DNA of 64,000 bases from the human T2T-CHM13v2.0 reference genome, Homo sapiens. The notes under the pieces are model-generated. The model was given only the letters and a program-made list of their open reading frames with translations. It was not told the DNA's origin and searched no databases. Where the stretch lies: positions 20,640,001 through 20,704,000 of the forward strand of contig CP086569.2 in assembly GCA_009914755.4 (NCBI GenBank). Direction: 5' to 3'. This document shows, piece by piece, positions 61,901-64,000 of this stretch. Within the stretch, counting starts at the first letter, position 1. Every line of letters begins with the position of its first letter. The position numbers and the translations under genes were made by a program.

Positions 61901-64000
61901 TTTTTGTGACTCTATCTCCTTCAGTTCTGCTCTGATCTTAGTTATTTATTGTCCTCTGCTAGCTTTTGAATTTGTTTGCTCTTGCTTCTCTAATTCTTTT
62001 AATTGTTAGGGTGTTGAATTTAGGTCTTCCCTGCTTTCTTGTGTGGGCATTTAGTGCTATAAATTTTCCTTTACACACTTCTTTAAATGTGTCCAAGAGA
62101 TGCTGGTATGTTGCATGTTTTTTCTCATTGGTTTCAAAGAACATCTTTCTTTCTGCCTTCATTTGAATGACTACTATTTACCCAGTAGTTATTCAGGAGC
62201 AGGTTGTTCAGTTTCCATGTAGTTGGCCATTATTGAGGGAGTTTCTTAATCCTGAGCACTAATTTGATTGTAGTGTGGTCTGAGAGACAGTTTGTTGTGA
62301 TTTCTATTCTTTTACATTTGCTGAGTACTGTTTTACTACCAATTATGTGGTTAATTCTCAAATAAGTATAATGTGGTGCTGAGAGGAATGTTTATTCTAT
62401 TGCCTTGAGGTGTAGAGTTCTTAGATGTCTATTAGGTCTGGTTGGTGCAGAACTGAGTTCAAGTCCTCAATATCCTTATTAATATTCTGTCTCATCGATC
62501 TGTCTAATATTGACAGTGAAGTGTTAAAGTCTCCCGTTATTATTGTGTGGGAGTCTAAGTCTCTTTCTAGGTCTCTAAGGATTTTCTTTATGACCCTGAG
62601 TGACCCTGTATTGGATGCATATATATTTAGGATAGTTAGCTCTTCTTGTTGAATTGATCCTTTAACCATTATGTAATGGCCTTCATTTTCTCTTTTGATC
62701 TTTGTTGGTTTAAAGTCTGTTTTATCAGTTAGTAGGATTACACCCCCTGCTTTTTCTTGCTTTCCATTTTCTTGGTAGATATTCCTCCATCCCTTTATTT
62801 TGAGCCTGTGGTTGTCTCTGCACCTGAGATGGGTCTCCTGAATACAGCATACTGATGGGTCTTGACTCTTTATCCAAATTCCCAGTCTGTGTCTTTTAAT
62901 TGTGGCATTTAGCCCATTTACATATAAGGTTAATAATGTTGTGTGTGAATTTGATCCTGTCATTATGATGCTAGCTGGTTATTTTGCCCATTAATTGAAA
63001 CAGTTACTTCATAGCATTGATGGTTTTTACAATTTGTCATGTTTTTGCAGTGGCTGATACCAGTTGTTCCTTTCTATATTTAGTACGTTCTTTAGGAGCT
63101 CTTTTAAGGCAGGCCTGCTGGTGGCAAAATCTCTCAGCATTTGCTTGTCTGTAAAGTATTTTATTTCTCCCTCAGTTTTGAAGCACAGTTTGCCTGGATA
63201 TGCTATTCTGGGTTGAAAATTCATTGCTTTAAGAATGTTGAATATTGGCCCCCACTCTCTTCTCATTTGTGGCATTTCTGCTGAGAGATCCTTTGTTAGT
63301 CTGATGGGCTTCCCCTTGTAAGTAACCCAAACATTCTCTGGCTGCTCTTAACATTTTTTCCTTCATTTCAACCTTGGTGAATCTGACAATTATGTGTCTT
63401 GGGGTTGCTCTTCTCAGGAGGTATCTTTGCAGTGTTCTCTGCATTTACTAAATTTGAAGGTTGGCCAGCCTTGTTTGTTGGGGAAGTTCTCCTGGATAAT
63501 ATCCTGAAGAGTGTTTTCCATCTTAGTTCCCTTCTCCCCATCCCTTTCAGGTACAACAGTCAAACATAGATTTGGATTTTTCACACAGTCCTATATTTCT
63601 TCAAGGCTTTGTTCATTTCTTCTTACTCCTTTTTCTCTAAACTTGTCTCCTCACTTTATTTCATTAATTTGATCTTCAATCAATGATATCCTTTCTTCCA
63701 CTTGATTCAATTGGCTATTAAAGCTTGTGCATGCATCATGAAGTTCTCATGTTTTCATCTGTTTTCATCTCCAGCAGGTCATTTATGGTGTTCTCTACAC
63801 TGCTTATCCTAGTTAGCCATTCATCTAACTTTTTTTTCAAGGTTTTCAGCTTCCTTGCTATTGGGTAGACTATGCTCCTTTAGCTTGGAGAAGTTTGTTA
63901 TTAACAACCTTCTGAAGCCTACTTCTGTCAACTTGTCAAACTCATTCTCTGTCCAGCTTTGTTCCCTTGCTGGTGAGGAGCTGTGATCCTTTGGAGGATA
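58935..64000 (-). mobile_element. Long LINE-1 (older L1PA/L1PB type) in minus orientation, from its 3' end through ORF2 into ORF1; continues beyond the window end
   Basis: The antisense 3' end reads ttttttttactttaagaatatacttttattgtttttttaaattatactttaagttctagggtacatgtgcacaaggtgcaggtttgttacataggtgtacatatgccatgttggtttgctggacccatcaactcgtcatttacattagataattctcctaatcctatccctccc. Continuous antisense ORF2 follows; track ORFs 60431..60736, 60891..61235 and 62421..62963 on the minus strand are ORF2p pieces. Antisense ORF1 runs to 64000. Confidence 0.85.

Noticed and set aside
60431-62963. Minus-strand ORFs 60431..60736, 60891..61235, 62421..62963 (101-180 aa), and 17399..18473 (130 and 201 aa)
   Set aside because: All lie within antisense L1 copies and translate to L1 ORF2p endonuclease and reverse-transcriptase fragments interrupted by stops. 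They are decayed L1 coding sequence.

Overview
This window is primate (almost certainly human) nuclear DNA, not a prokaryotic locus, and I found no evidence of a novel or undescribed gene system. Coordinates 1-11300 carry the 5' part of the Y-linked histone H3K4 demethylase gene KDM5D (SMCY/JARID1D) on the minus strand. I recognise seven coding exons by exact conceptual translation (JmjN and ARID domains), all with canonical GT/AG junctions. Together they encode residues 1-311, so the last exon in the window ends on the first residue of the classical H-Y epitope FIDSYICQV. A CpG-island promoter lies at about 10850-11720; a candidate 117-bp 5'UTR intron with a short uORF sits just upstream of the ATG (about 11100-11260). 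The remaining ~52 kb (upstream of KDM5D) is an intergenic block of mostly nested retroelements. It holds about 19 Alu copies, several with intact target-site duplications. It holds LINE-1 copies of several ages: a ~6.5-kb full-length minus-strand L1PA/L1PB copy carrying a solo LTR, and an internally deleted plus-strand L1PA copy retaining a 480-aa ORF2 remnant. It also holds a twin-primed inverted L1 and a second long minus-strand L1 that runs off the window end. The rest is MaLR and ERV solo LTRs, one MIR and several microsatellites. The items worth a second look are structural: the 5'UTR intron/uORF, antisense intronic Alus, nested or rearranged L1s, unclassified inserts and candidate Y-STRs.
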